Under the pieces are notes generated by a model. It did no database searches, was not told the DNA's origin, and was given only the letters and a program-made list of their open reading frames with translations. DNA of 64,000 nucleotides from an uncultured Ruminococcus sp. (GTDB taxonomy: Bacteria; Bacillota; Clostridia; Oscillospirales; Ruminococcaceae): contig CACZGM010000008.1 of assembly GCA_902780695.1 (NCBI GenBank), positions 509 through 64,508 on the forward strand, given 5' to 3'. A program made the translations under genes and the position numbers. Shown one piece after another: positions 8,499-17,279 of the stretch. Position 1 is the stretch's first letter, and the number at the start of each line of letters is the position of its first letter.

Positions 8499-9581
8499 AT
8501 GATACAGGGGACGGTCACACTGGCAGCGGGTACTGTGATAGAGGTAACCGATGCAAGCATTGTCCGCGGTTCGGTGAGCATATCAATGTCAACGTGCAGG
8601 GATTCGTCGTTCACATTCGGCACGTTCAACTATGCAGTGCTCAAAATCGGTATAATTGACGACGAGGCACTGCTGCACGATTTTGCCGGAGCTGAAATTA
8701 CGCTCCAAAAAGTCGACGGAGAGGGAGCTTCGGCAACAACGACAAACCTTGGTACATACTACGTTGACGGTACAAAGACCAAGCGCAGAAAAACAGCAGT
8801 CATGCTTACAGCATACGACAAGACCTCGGCGTTCGATACAGAGATATCGGATACGGTCAAGGGCAGCACTCATACACCATATACAGCAATAAGTGCCGCT
8901 TGCAACGCTATAGGTGTCACGCTCGTTCCTGTCAATCCGCAGGATTTCCCTAACAGCAGTGCATCTTTCAAACCGTCGAGCCGCTCAATACAGACATATC
9001 GCGATCTCGTGATGTGGGCAGTACAGCTTATGTGTGCTAACGCAGTAATAAATCGTATCGGACGGCTCGAAATACGTTCAGCAAGATTTGTTTCCGGATC
9101 GCCGGCCGATTATATAAGCGACGGTACCGACAGAATGGACATAGAATTTGCCGACACAAGGGTATTTATTAAATATCTGTCGGCATATTCGGCGGGCGCA
9201 CTTAAAACGTATTCCTCAAACATATCCCCTTCCGAGGCGCAGACACGGGCAGGTATGCTCACATTGCCGTATAATCCGCTTCTGGAAGGTAAGACAGAGG
9301 AAGAGTGCGATACGATATATACCGCGATACTGGAGCATCTCAATCAGACAAGCCCGGGTACAATATTCACACAGCGTCGTATTGTTGCAAGGATGTTCGA
9401 CAATCCTGGGATAAAGCTCGGCGATAAAGTACGTTTCGGAGGCGGAAAAATGGACGTCGGATACAGTAATGTAATTGCCGTGCCAACGTCAATTGTCTGG
9501 AAGTATCGCGGTGTAACGACGGTCACCTGTGCTGCTCCTGCCGCGGTAAGTGAGGAGGTGAGCTATAATGCCAATACCTAA
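8499..9581 (+). CDS. tail-tip / tail-associated protein (Tal position)
   Basis: ATG 8499 after GGAGG (track start 8451 overlaps the upstream gene). 360 aa. Positional call. Confidence 0.5.
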   Translation: MIQGTVTLAAGTVIEVTDASIVRGSVSISMSTCRDSSFTFGTFNYAVLKIGIIDDEALLHDFAGAEITLQKVDGEGASATTTNLGTYYVDGTKTKRRKTAVMLTAYDKTSAFDTEISDTVKGSTHTPYTAISAACNAIGVTLVPVNPQDFPNSSASFKPSSRSIQTYRDLVMWAVQLMCANAVINRIGRLEIRSARFVSGSPADYISDGTDRMDIEFADTRVFIKYLSAYSAGALKTYSSNISPSEAQTRAGMLTLPYNPLLEGKTEEECDTIYTAILEHLNQTSPGTIFTQRRIVARMFDNPGIKLGDKVRFGGGKMDVGYSNVIAVPTSIVWKYRGVTTVTCAAPAAVSEEVSYNANT

Positions 9582-10296
9582 CAGAAACGTACGAGCGCAG
9601 AGTGATAAGCGTATGGACGGATTGAACGGCGGAGGCACGCCTGCCAATCTTCCGAAAATAATAGCATCACCGACAAGGCCGACGGTCGTTATTGACGGTG
9701 ACTGCTTGGCAATGGTAAGCGGAACAACACTTACGGCGCTGAAAAGGCTTACAAGCGGGGAGTGGACAGATGTGCCGTTTGACTACGGCACTAATCCCGG
9801 AACATTGCATACAGAGGGGACGTATTACGGCTGGTTCAACAATGGCGTGCTTGTGGCGATATATGTATATGAGAACAATACAATAAAGCAGGTGGCGCCC
9901 GGTGCGAATTCATTTTATATAGACGAAGTGCCGACAGATGAGGCATCGGTGGGGGACTATTGGCTGAACATTGACAACTTGCAGAGTTGCAACTTGTATC
10001 AGGTGCAGCGGCTTGAACAGGGAGAAACAACGCCGGGATGGACAACGCTTTATAACGTTGCCGTACCGGTAGTATATGTACAGGCTACCGAGCCGAGCGG
10101 AGCTGGAGTAAAGCCAAATGCGTGGTGGATACAGGCAGGCGGTCAAAGTTTTTACGACAAAACCATTGTATCAGTCAAACAGTATGAGGCTAACTACGGC
10201 TGGGTAACAAGATGCACACCGGGAGGCAGCGGAAGCGGCGATCTGACAATCAACATTGACTATGCGATAGTCGTTGACAAAGGAAACGTAATATGA
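9568..10296 (+). CDS. phage tail fibre / receptor-binding-region protein (hypothetical)
   Basis: 242-aa ORF overlapping its neighbours in the tail-tip module. Confidence 0.45.
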   Translation: MPIPNRNVRAQSDKRMDGLNGGGTPANLPKIIASPTRPTVVIDGDCLAMVSGTTLTALKRLTSGEWTDVPFDYGTNPGTLHTEGTYYGWFNNGVLVAIYVYENNTIKQVAPGANSFYIDEVPTDEASVGDYWLNIDNLQSCNLYQVQRLEQGETTPGWTTLYNVAVPVVYVQATEPSGAGVKPNAWWIQAGGQSFYDKTIVSVKQYEANYGWVTRCTPGGSGSGDLTINIDYAIVVDKGNVI

Positions 10297-11192
10297 GCGA
10301 CATTATAAACATACGCAGGCGGGGAACGGTGAACTTCCGCACAGATTGTTTTGCATCGGGATATGATGTTGATTACTTTGTGCGAAGCAATCACGGCTAC
10401 TACCCACTTATAACCGACGTTTCAGACGGGCAAAATACCTATGACGTAGGATATAACCCGTATGCAGAAATAGTACAAGTTGAGCCTTATAACCCGTTTG
10501 TGTGTGATGAATTGTTTCTTGACTGGCACGGCTGGCAAAATGAGATACAATCGATATCAGACGTGCCTTATCAGGACTTTGAATTTACTGTGCCAATAAT
10601 CGCTATCCCTAATTCGGCATTAAGTAGCAGCGCAGATAAAGATCATATAATACTTGCAAACGATGAATATTATCTGATAGATAGCTTAAACATTGACCCG
10701 CAGACAATGACATCACACATAACTGGAACGAAGCGCGAGAACGGGCAGGATATCCCATATAACGGAGCGTTCGAGCAATTGGTATCGTTTGACCCGCCGA
10801 TAAGAAATTTCAGACTGGCATTCGCTCCGAGACGACCATACGGCGAACTAACAGTATATCGATTTTGCAATGTTATTCAACTGCAAAATATATTTTCTGG
10901 GACGAGCGCGGAATACAGTATATGGGACGTTATAGGAAGTTATGGATCTGGGGCGTTTGTACTTACGGGAGACCGCACCGCCGACGATCATCATATTCAG
11001 CCGTTCCGATATTTCGCACTTGACGAATACGATATGTTGGAAGAACTTTATGCAGACGCGCAGACAGACGGATTTCTCAACTATGTTATTCCGTTTGCGA
11101 ACTCCGATGAATACTTCGCTGCCCGTTGCTCGTATTATAGATGGAAAACCGCAGACATACAGACCATTACCGACTGGCTGAATAACAGATAA
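10293..11192 (+). CDS. phage structural protein (hypothetical)
   Basis: 299-aa ORF, ATGA overlap with the upstream gene, in the tail-tip module. Confidence 0.45.
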   Translation: MSDIINIRRRGTVNFRTDCFASGYDVDYFVRSNHGYYPLITDVSDGQNTYDVGYNPYAEIVQVEPYNPFVCDELFLDWHGWQNEIQSISDVPYQDFEFTVPIIAIPNSALSSSADKDHIILANDEYYLIDSLNIDPQTMTSHITGTKRENGQDIPYNGAFEQLVSFDPPIRNFRLAFAPRRPYGELTVYRFCNVIQLQNIFSGTSAEYSIWDVIGSYGSGAFVLTGDRTADDHHIQPFRYFALDEYDMLEELYADAQTDGFLNYVIPFANSDEYFAARCSYYRWKTADIQTITDWLNNR

Positions 11193-11207
11193 AGGGGGGC
11201 GCGAAAA

Positions 11208-11492
11208 ATGGACGAGAACGACGTACAGGTGCGGGAACGGCTTACAGCAGTCGAAAGCTCGGTCAAGTCGCTGCACAAAAGAGTTGACAAGCAGGAGGAT
11301 CTGCTTGAGAATATCCGCTCCATGGTTGTAGAAATGAAGAACATGAGAGAGGATATAAACCGCCTTGACGGGAAGGTCACAGACATCGAGAACAAGCCGC
11401 GAAAGTGGTGGGATGCACTGGTAGGAGCCGTTATCGGAGCCGTCGGAGGCGGCGCGGTAACGTTTATTTTTACAAAGCTGATAGGAGGGTAA
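11208..11492 (+). CDS. xhlA: XhlA-family haemolysin-like lysis protein
   Basis: 94 aa: N-terminal coiled coil (RLTAVESSVKSLHKRVDKQEDLLENI) plus C-terminal TM (WWDALVGAVIGAVGGGAVTFIF), upstream of the holins. Confidence 0.65.
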   Translation: MDENDVQVRERLTAVESSVKSLHKRVDKQEDLLENIRSMVVEMKNMREDINRLDGKVTDIENKPRKWWDALVGAVIGAVGGGAVTFIFTKLIGG

Positions 11493-11496
11493 AACC

Positions 11497-11721
11497 ATGG
11501 CTGCATTAACTAAGTACGATTACAGCACGGATTATGCGGAATTCTGCATTTCCGGGGCAGCAGAGCTTCCGAAGCTGCCGAACACATCACGGGGAGGGGC
11601 GGAAGAGCTTGCCGGGTATGACAAGATAAAGGCAGGCATAGCGTACACAACGGACGGCAATTTCGATGTGTACACGCTCGACACTGCCACGGACGAATGG
11701 AACAAGATCGGAGGAGAATGA
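11497..11721 (+). CDS. small phage protein, unknown function
   Basis: 74-aa ORF with GGAGGG RBS. Confidence 0.5.
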   Translation: MAALTKYDYSTDYAEFCISGAAELPKLPNTSRGGAEELAGYDKIKAGIAYTTDGNFDVYTLDTATDEWNKIGGE

Positions 11722-11722
11722 T

Positions 11723-11896
11723 ATGGATATTTTGTCTTTTGAGCTCGGTAAGAAGTTGGGCGGAGATTCACCCGGCCCTGGTCCTGGTCCTGGTCCCAGC
11801 GGAAAAGATGTACTTGTTTCAGGTTTGAGATTTTCAAACATTGAACCTATTACAGATGTTTTAACAGGAGGAGAAAAATATGAGCCACAGTCTTAA
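11723..11896 (+). CDS. small phage protein with (GP)4 repeat
   Basis: ATG 11723 after GGAGGAG (track start 11666 is probably too early). Contains SPGPGPGPGPSG. Confidence 0.4.
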   Translation: MDILSFELGKKLGGDSPGPGPGPGPSGKDVLVSGLRFSNIEPITDVLTGGEKYEPQS

Positions 11897-12575
11897 CGAA
11901 AAAATTATACCTGTTGTCATCACACCTGTTGACACAGAAACAGTAGCAGAAGCCTTTATAAGGCAGGTAATAACAGCAGCCACCGAAAACAGCAAACTTA
12001 CTGCGCAGGGTACGACACTCTATTATGATGAAAATACGGGTATTACATTCACGGCTTCGAGCGCAACCGCTGTTGTAGCACGAGCATTTTCGTTCGGCGT
12101 AAATAGCGATGCTTTATACACATATAACAGTCTTAGCGAGGGTGCAACAAGATATGTACATTTACACGAAAGTACAAATGAAACTGTTCTTTATTTTAGA
12201 CTAACATCTGACGGTAGTGTTCAGCAAGCATATACTGCTATTTTTGCAGAAGCAGACGGAGATACCACGGTGTTTTCAAGTACTTTCAATGGTGGTCTTT
12301 ATGCAAACAATTCTAACACCAGTACAGCTGTAAGAATGAACGGTGGTGGTTTCTACACGGACGCGCATTTAGCTTCTATAAATAAATTGGCTGATGTGTG
12401 GCACGGAAAAGTGTTCGATGAATTATTCTTTGCACAGTCTGTTCCGCAGAACAATATACCTAGCTACCTTGTAGCCTTTTCTACGGACGTATATGCTGTC
12501 AAATGCGGTGTTACACCATCAGTGACATACACAAGCTTTTGGTTTGCGTTCCCTGTTTCTGATGAAACGACCTGA
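11880..12575 (+). CDS. phage protein, unknown function
   Basis: 231 aa, strong GGAGGAG RBS. Confidence 0.55.
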   Translation: MSHSLNEKIIPVVITPVDTETVAEAFIRQVITAATENSKLTAQGTTLYYDENTGITFTASSATAVVARAFSFGVNSDALYTYNSLSEGATRYVHLHESTNETVLYFRLTSDGSVQQAYTAIFAEADGDTTVFSSTFNGGLYANNSNTSTAVRMNGGGFYTDAHLASINKLADVWHGKVFDELFFAQSVPQNNIPSYLVAFSTDVYAVKCGVTPSVTYTSFWFAFPVSDETT

Positions 12576-12882
12576 GTTCAGCAAAATCGTTCTCGGCTCT
12601 GCCGTCTTGATTTGGGCGGCAGGAGCCGTTTTCGGCGCGTATATTGTTAATGAGGAGCGCGAACAGCTTCGGGAACTGCTGGCTTACATAGGCGCTCCGA
12701 CAGCGACGGCTTTTGGCTTCTATGCATGGAAGTCGAAGGCCGAGAATATATTGAAGATCGCCAAAAGCAGGAAACTTGACGAGAAAACGAAAAAGCACGT
12801 CATAGACGGCGTTACCAAGGGATTAAAAGACAGTCTTTATGATACGTCGGGGAATATGGAGGACGGTAATGGAATTGGCTGA
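12562..12882 (+). CDS. putative holin (two TM segments)
   Basis: ATG 12562. Hydrophobic segments IVLGSAVLIWAAGAVFGAYIV and APTATAFGFYAW, charged C-terminus, located before the endolysin. Confidence 0.55.
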   Translation: MKRPEFSKIVLGSAVLIWAAGAVFGAYIVNEEREQLRELLAYIGAPTATAFGFYAWKSKAENILKIAKSRKLDEKTKKHVIDGVTKGLKDSLYDTSGNMEDGNGIG

Positions 12883-13201
12883 CATCATTGCTCTGTCGAT
12901 AGGCGGTATAATCGCAGTCGGCATAATAATTTATCTCGTATGCAACGAGCAGAAGAAAATTTCAAACTGGCTGATCTGGGCTGTCTCCGAGGCTGAAAAG
13001 ATTCTCGGAAGCGGCACCGGACAGCTGAAACTGCATACCGTGTATGCGTGGTTTACGGAAAAATTCCCCTTTATTGCTGTAATACTGCCTTTTGCGGTGT
13101 TCTCAGCATGGGTAGATACCGCACTTGTCACGCTGCGCAAATGGCTTGAATATGACTGCCCTATCGGAGACCACATAACAAAAAAGGACGGTGACCGGTA
13201 A
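12869..13201 (+). CDS. holin, LL-H-like
   Basis: ATG 12869 after GGAGGA. N-terminal TM followed by AVSEAEKILGSGTGQLKLHTVYAWF, which resembles the LL-H holin family. TAATG overlap with the endolysin. Confidence 0.6.
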   Translation: MELADIIALSIGGIIAVGIIIYLVCNEQKKISNWLIWAVSEAEKILGSGTGQLKLHTVYAWFTEKFPFIAVILPFAVFSAWVDTALVTLRKWLEYDCPIGDHITKKDGDR

Positions 13202-13959
13202 TGAGCATATACACAAATGAGGGACTTGTACGGCACGCAAAACGTGCATTGCAGCTAAAGACACGATATATGTGGGGCGGTATCCTGCGTGAGATTACTC
13301 CCGCGTATATTGACCTGCTCCGGTCGATGTACGGCACGAGAAACGGTACCGGGTATTCTGATGCGCGGTATAAGACGCTGCAAGCTGACGCGAATAAAGG
13401 CGTTTACGGCTGCGACTGTGTGGGGCTGATAAAGTCATACTACTGGAGCGGAAATCCAGACGGTGGTGTAGGTTCTCCGAAGTACAGCAGTAATTCCGAT
13501 GTGAACGCAGGCGGAATGTATTCACTTGCATCCGAAAAAGGCAAGATCGACACACTGCCGGAAATTCCGGGTGTTATCCTTATCAGCCGGACAAGCGGCA
13601 ATCATGTGGGGATATATCTCGGATGCGGCGAAACGATCGAGTGTACCCTCGGGCAGAGAGGGGACGGAGTTGTAAAGCGTAATCTCGACAGTCTGTGGAC
13701 GGATTGGTTCAAGTGTTCGTTCATTGACTACAAACAGCCCGCGCCTACGACAGCACTCAAAACTGTAAAGCTGGCATTTAATGCCAAAATACGCAGCGCT
13801 CCTCGTTATGACTCTGAGTCTCTCGGTGTGCTGACCGCCGGAACGCGGTGCATTATCTGCGTGAACTCAAAGAAGACAGACCCTGCGAGCAGGTATGAGT
13901 ATGTCAAGCTGTATGGGCATGAAGGATGGATCGTGACCAGTGCTGTGCCAATGAAATAA
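13201..13959 (+). CDS. endolysin: NlpC/P60-type cysteine peptidase plus C-terminal SH3b-like domain
   Basis: YGCDCVGLIK (catalytic Cys context) and GNHVGIYLG (His). C-terminal VKLAFNAKIRSAP...YVKLYGHEGWI is SH3-like. Last gene of the lysis cassette. Confidence 0.75.
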   Translation: MSIYTNEGLVRHAKRALQLKTRYMWGGILREITPAYIDLLRSMYGTRNGTGYSDARYKTLQADANKGVYGCDCVGLIKSYYWSGNPDGGVGSPKYSSNSDVNAGGMYSLASEKGKIDTLPEIPGVILISRTSGNHVGIYLGCGETIECTLGQRGDGVVKRNLDSLWTDWFKCSFIDYKQPAPTTALKTVKLAFNAKIRSAPRYDSESLGVLTAGTRCIICVNSKKTDPASRYEYVKLYGHEGWIVTSAVPMK

Positions 13960-13964
13960 AAAAA

Positions 13965-13988
13965 GCAGGGGAGACCCTGCTTTTTTTT
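13965..13988. terminator. bidirectional intrinsic terminator
   Basis: GCAGGG-GAGA-CCCTGC flanked by an A7 run and a T8 run. Confidence 0.8.
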
Positions 13989-14059
13989 ATTTATGCATAT
14001 AACTTAAAACAAACATGAATCCAACCATAATTATTGAAAAGTTTGTCTGATGCACATAT

Positions 14060-14082
14060 TGGTGACCCGTACGGGAATTGAA
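14060..14082. repeat. att-type direct repeat copy 1 (tRNA-Glu 3' end fragment)
   Basis: TGGTGACCCGTACGGGAATTGAA, identical to 23981-24003 and 34022-34044. Confidence 0.9.
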
Positions 14083-14282
14083 AATCACCCCGCGCTTTTT
14101 CCAACTTTTATCAAATTCCCGCAAATGCTTATATAAAGCCAGTTTACAACAATTTACAAAAAGCTGTTTATGCTAACTTTTATCACCTTTTTGTAAAAAT
14201 AAAGAACAAACAAAGAACAAGAATTTTGAATTTTCGTGTGGCATATCTCTATAAAATAAATACTTTTTACGGAGGTACCACC

Positions 14283-14546
14283 ATGAAATCTATTATTGAA
14301 AAGCTCTACTACGGAGAGATCAGTCCGTGCTCACTGCCAACACCTACAACGGAGCGATACTTCAAAGCCAAAAATGAAGTAGAGAAATATGGAGCAGAGA
14401 TACTCGACAAGTATCCCGACTGTAAGGAGCTTCTCGAACAGTATGCAGACGCGATACATATCACTGCTGCTTGCGAAGGATTACAGGATTTTGAAAGAGG
14501 CTTCCGGCTTGGAGTGGCTTTCATGCTTGATGCATTCAAAGACTAA
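14283..14546 (+). CDS. small conserved mobile-element protein (paralog of 24210..24476)
   Basis: ATG 14283 after GGAGG. KLYYGEISPC...FERGFRLG aligns with the island 3 gene at the equivalent left-end position. Confidence 0.65.
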   Translation: MKSIIEKLYYGEISPCSLPTPTTERYFKAKNEVEKYGAEILDKYPDCKELLEQYADAIHITAACEGLQDFERGFRLGVAFMLDAFKD

Positions 14547-14567
14547 AGTCATAAACTGCCTGTCCTT

Positions 14568-14596
14568 TTATTAGGACAGGCTTTTTCTATGCGTTC
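14568..14596. terminator. bidirectional terminator between convergent genes
   Basis: GCCTGTCC-TTTTATTA-GGACAGGC followed by TTTTT. Confidence 0.7.
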
Positions 14597-14627
14597 GTAT
14601 CTTTTAACTGTCTTAGTTATAATTTTA

Positions 14628-15611
14628 TCAAAGTAAATCTTCATCATCGTATTCAGACTTAATCGGATCGAATTTATGTAGCGTTATTTTTATGTTATTA
14701 TTATTGTTTTGTTTTTTTATACTTTTAGCAAAATCAAAAACATTTTCATTCGTCATCTGAGGTTTCACCAAATCATAAATTGTATTGCCAGCTTCTGTTA
14801 ATACATACACTTTATATGAGAATGTTTGAACAGATTCAACTAATGGCTCTGCTAATAGTATAAAATCCGATGTTGTCACCATCGCAATAGGCCCCTTTTC
14901 AATTGTAAAGGTGCGTCCACTATCTTTGGAAGATATTAGACCGCTATCAGCTAATGTTAGTATGTCAGTATATGTGATGTTATGTTTTTCGAATAATTCA
15001 TCGTCATTTATTATGCAGCCCTTTAAATTAATTGGATATGTTTTTGTAAATAATTCAGCTTCTTTTGGTGATAAATCTCGAAGTACCCTTAATGTTCTAA
15101 ATGAATATGATCCAGGCTGCTTAATCTCTCTTGCCAATATTTTAGCCCAGATATATTGAAGTTCCTTGTCTCCAATATAGCCAACGGAATCGATAAATCT
15201 ATCAAACCAATCCATATCTATGGCTTCGTCCGAAACAGGATCGTCATTATCCAAAAGTTCACATGTTTGTTCTATTATTGATTCTATATTTTCTTGCTTT
15301 CGTATTTCTTGAGATGCCAATCGATAATTTGCTCTTGCTGTTAAAGAATTATCAATGGATACATTACCATCTGAGCTATTATACACAATTGGTACATCTT
15401 CATTTTGTCTAACTGCATCAGAGATAACAGTTATTCTGTAAGCCTCAGCGTCTGCCTCAGTCGTTATTCTTTTGGCATTAGCTGCTCCTATTCTTTTTAT
15501 ATTTGATGGTTCATATAATTTGCCTATTGCACAACTTAGTGAATCAAAAAGCTTATTTATTCCAGCTCTGTTTTTTTCTAAAAATTCTAATGCTTTTTTT
15601 AAGAAGTCCAT
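14628..15611 (-). CDS. DUF2806-like protein (Abi-associated type)
   Basis: MDWFDRFIDSVGYIGDKELQYIWAKILAREIKQPGSYSFRTLRVLRDLSPKEAELF matches my memory of the DUF2806 core. GGAGG RBS 13 nt after the upstream stop. AT-rich. Confidence 0.55.
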   Translation of the reverse strand: MDFLKKALEFLEKNRAGINKLFDSLSCAIGKLYEPSNIKRIGAANAKRITTEADAEAYRITVISDAVRQNEDVPIVYNSSDGNVSIDNSLTARANYRLASQEIRKQENIESIIEQTCELLDNDDPVSDEAIDMDWFDRFIDSVGYIGDKELQYIWAKILAREIKQPGSYSFRTLRVLRDLSPKEAELFTKTYPINLKGCIINDDELFEKHNITYTDILTLADSGLISSKDSGRTFTIEKGPIAMVTTSDFILLAEPLVESVQTFSYKVYVLTEAGNTIYDLVKPQMTNENVFDFAKSIKKQNNNNNIKITLHKFDPIKSEYDDEDLL

Positions 15612-15624
15612 ACTGTACCTCCAG

Positions 15625-16377
15625 TCAGTTTATTTCTGTTATATTTGAATATCTTACCGCTTCGTCTATTTTGTACATGAGCATACTCGCATACATTAGC
15701 CGGCGCAATGCCTCTTCGGCACTCATTGATGATTTCTCGTCATTTGAATGAGCTTTAGGGTTTCTTAATGCAGACATTGCGCCCGACATCATCATCATAA
15801 ATCCCATTTGAATATTTTTTCCTGTTTCTGTATGCGTATCACATATTTTGACAATTGGCTTATCACAAGAAAAAACTGTTGTCATTGCTTTTGCGCCATC
15901 TGGGATACTCAATTCATTAGGATTACATACTTTAAATAATTTTTTAACACGGTCATTTATTTCTATAAAAGCATCTTCTGATGCATTAGCGTAGTGACCG
16001 TCTAAATACAGTGCTTTTGAAGATTTAATAATTCTTGGATGTATATCTTTCCATATATTTAATGATGATTCATCAAGGCAATAAATAATAGTTTTAAGTA
16101 ATTCAAGTATCTGACCATAAACTACAGGATTGATTGTGCTGTTGTTATTAAACAATGAATTAAACAATGTTTTCAATCTATTTGAATAATAAGGGAGTTC
16201 ATTTTCAATATAATTTGAAATTTCAAATATTGTATTTTTAATATTTGATATGTATCTATAATCATATGGAACAATGTTCCAATTAAAGTTATTGCAAATA
16301 TTTGAAAAATTGTTTAAAAAATTATTAATATTAAATCTCTGTATCATATTAAACATCTTATACTCTGTATTGACCAC
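15625..16377 (-). CDS. Hypoth_Ymh / TIGR02391-domain protein (Abi-like C-terminus)
   Basis: C-terminal half IHPRI...YLDGHYANASEDAFIEINDRVK...LRNPKAHSNDE...AEEALRRLMYASMLMYKID fits the TIGR02391 pattern. GTG start overlaps the R gene stop by 1 nt (an ATG at 16356 is an alternative). Confidence 0.6.
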   Translation of the reverse strand: MVNTEYKMFNMIQRFNINNFLNNFSNICNNFNWNIVPYDYRYISNIKNTIFEISNYIENELPYYSNRLKTLFNSLFNNNSTINPVVYGQILELLKTIIYCLDESSLNIWKDIHPRIIKSSKALYLDGHYANASEDAFIEINDRVKKLFKVCNPNELSIPDGAKAMTTVFSCDKPIVKICDTHTETGKNIQMGFMMMMSGAMSALRNPKAHSNDEKSSMSAEEALRRLMYASMLMYKIDEAVRYSNITEIN

Positions 16378-17279
16378 TACTTTCTCGGTCCCATAAACTT
16401 ATCACCATTAAAGTGAATCATGTGATCAGGCATTTCAGCTATCCAAACTTCTGTTTCCCATGCAAGTTCTTGTGAATGCTTCTTGAAAGTTGCAAAATCT
16501 AAAAACGCAGTTACATATATCTTACCTGCCGTGACATTTTTAGTCATATCTTCAATTTCCTTGATTCTTTTAGGGCTCATGGGTCCAACAGATTTTACCG
16601 CTTCAATAAAATATATCCAGTTGTTCTCTGCCTGATATAAAACAACATCTGGCATTTTGTCGTGAAGCGTGATACTAAAGCCTAACTTATCCAACTTTTC
16701 AACATTCTTTACCAAATCCTTTTTAGCTGTATCTCCGACATATAGGCATTCAGAATTTGGTGCAAATCTTGGTGCAAATTCTTCAATTATCGCTTTTTGA
16801 AGTTCATTATGTTCACCTGTAGAAAAAGTAAAATCTTCACCGTTGATCTTAACTGGCATTTTTAACACTTTCTTCTTAGAGGAGTATAATTTTATTAAGC
16901 TGTCATGCTTGTCTGTAAATTCCTTTTTGGCTTTAAGCCAGCCCCTTTTATTATAATATTTTACAAGTGAGAGCATTTCTTCAGTAAGTCTATAACTGTA
17001 ATTAGGGCTGTTTGTCGGCAATCCATTATCTTCTATAAATGCAGCGTTTCTAAAATGGTGCATAGCCTCTTTTCTGAATGTTTCTCTGCTGTTTTCAGCG
17101 TATATCGAACCATAGTTTTCCTTTATATACTGTAAAATATCATGTATTCTGTTCCACTCATTGGTTGCTTTAGACCATGTATCTTCTTCTTTAATTGAAA
17201 GGCAACATATATCAGACTGTTGTTTTCTTGGTACATTCAGATCGGTAAGTAATGCTCTTGCTTCTTCTATTTTGCTCAT
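16377..17279 (-). CDS. type II restriction endonuclease, BsuBI/PstI family
   Basis: GEHNELQKAIIEEFAPRFAPNSECLYVGDTAKKD, MPDVVLY, WIYFIEAVKSVGPMSPKR and C-terminal EVWIAEMPDHMIHFNGDKFMGPR are hallmark segments of this family. Confidence 0.8.
   Translation of the reverse strand: MSKIEEARALLTDLNVPRKQQSDICCLSIKEEDTWSKATNEWNRIHDILQYIKENYGSIYAENSRETFRKEAMHHFRNAAFIEDNGLPTNSPNYSYRLTEEMLSLVKYYNKRGWLKAKKEFTDKHDSLIKLYSSKKKVLKMPVKINGEDFTFSTGEHNELQKAIIEEFAPRFAPNSECLYVGDTAKKDLVKNVEKLDKLGFSITLHDKMPDVVLYQAENNWIYFIEAVKSVGPMSPKRIKEIEDMTKNVTAGKIYVTAFLDFATFKKHSQELAWETEVWIAEMPDHMIHFNGDKFMGPRK

Larger units (their letters stand above)
1..14059. mobile_element. prophage, late-gene (head-tail-lysis) arm; left boundary lies outside the window
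   Basis: Uninterrupted plus-strand run: scaffold, major capsid, connector, gp10-like, major tail, chaperone pair, tape measure, tail-tip genes, XhlA, holins, endolysin. Ends at terminator 13965-13988, just before the 23-bp att-type repeat. Confidence 0.85.
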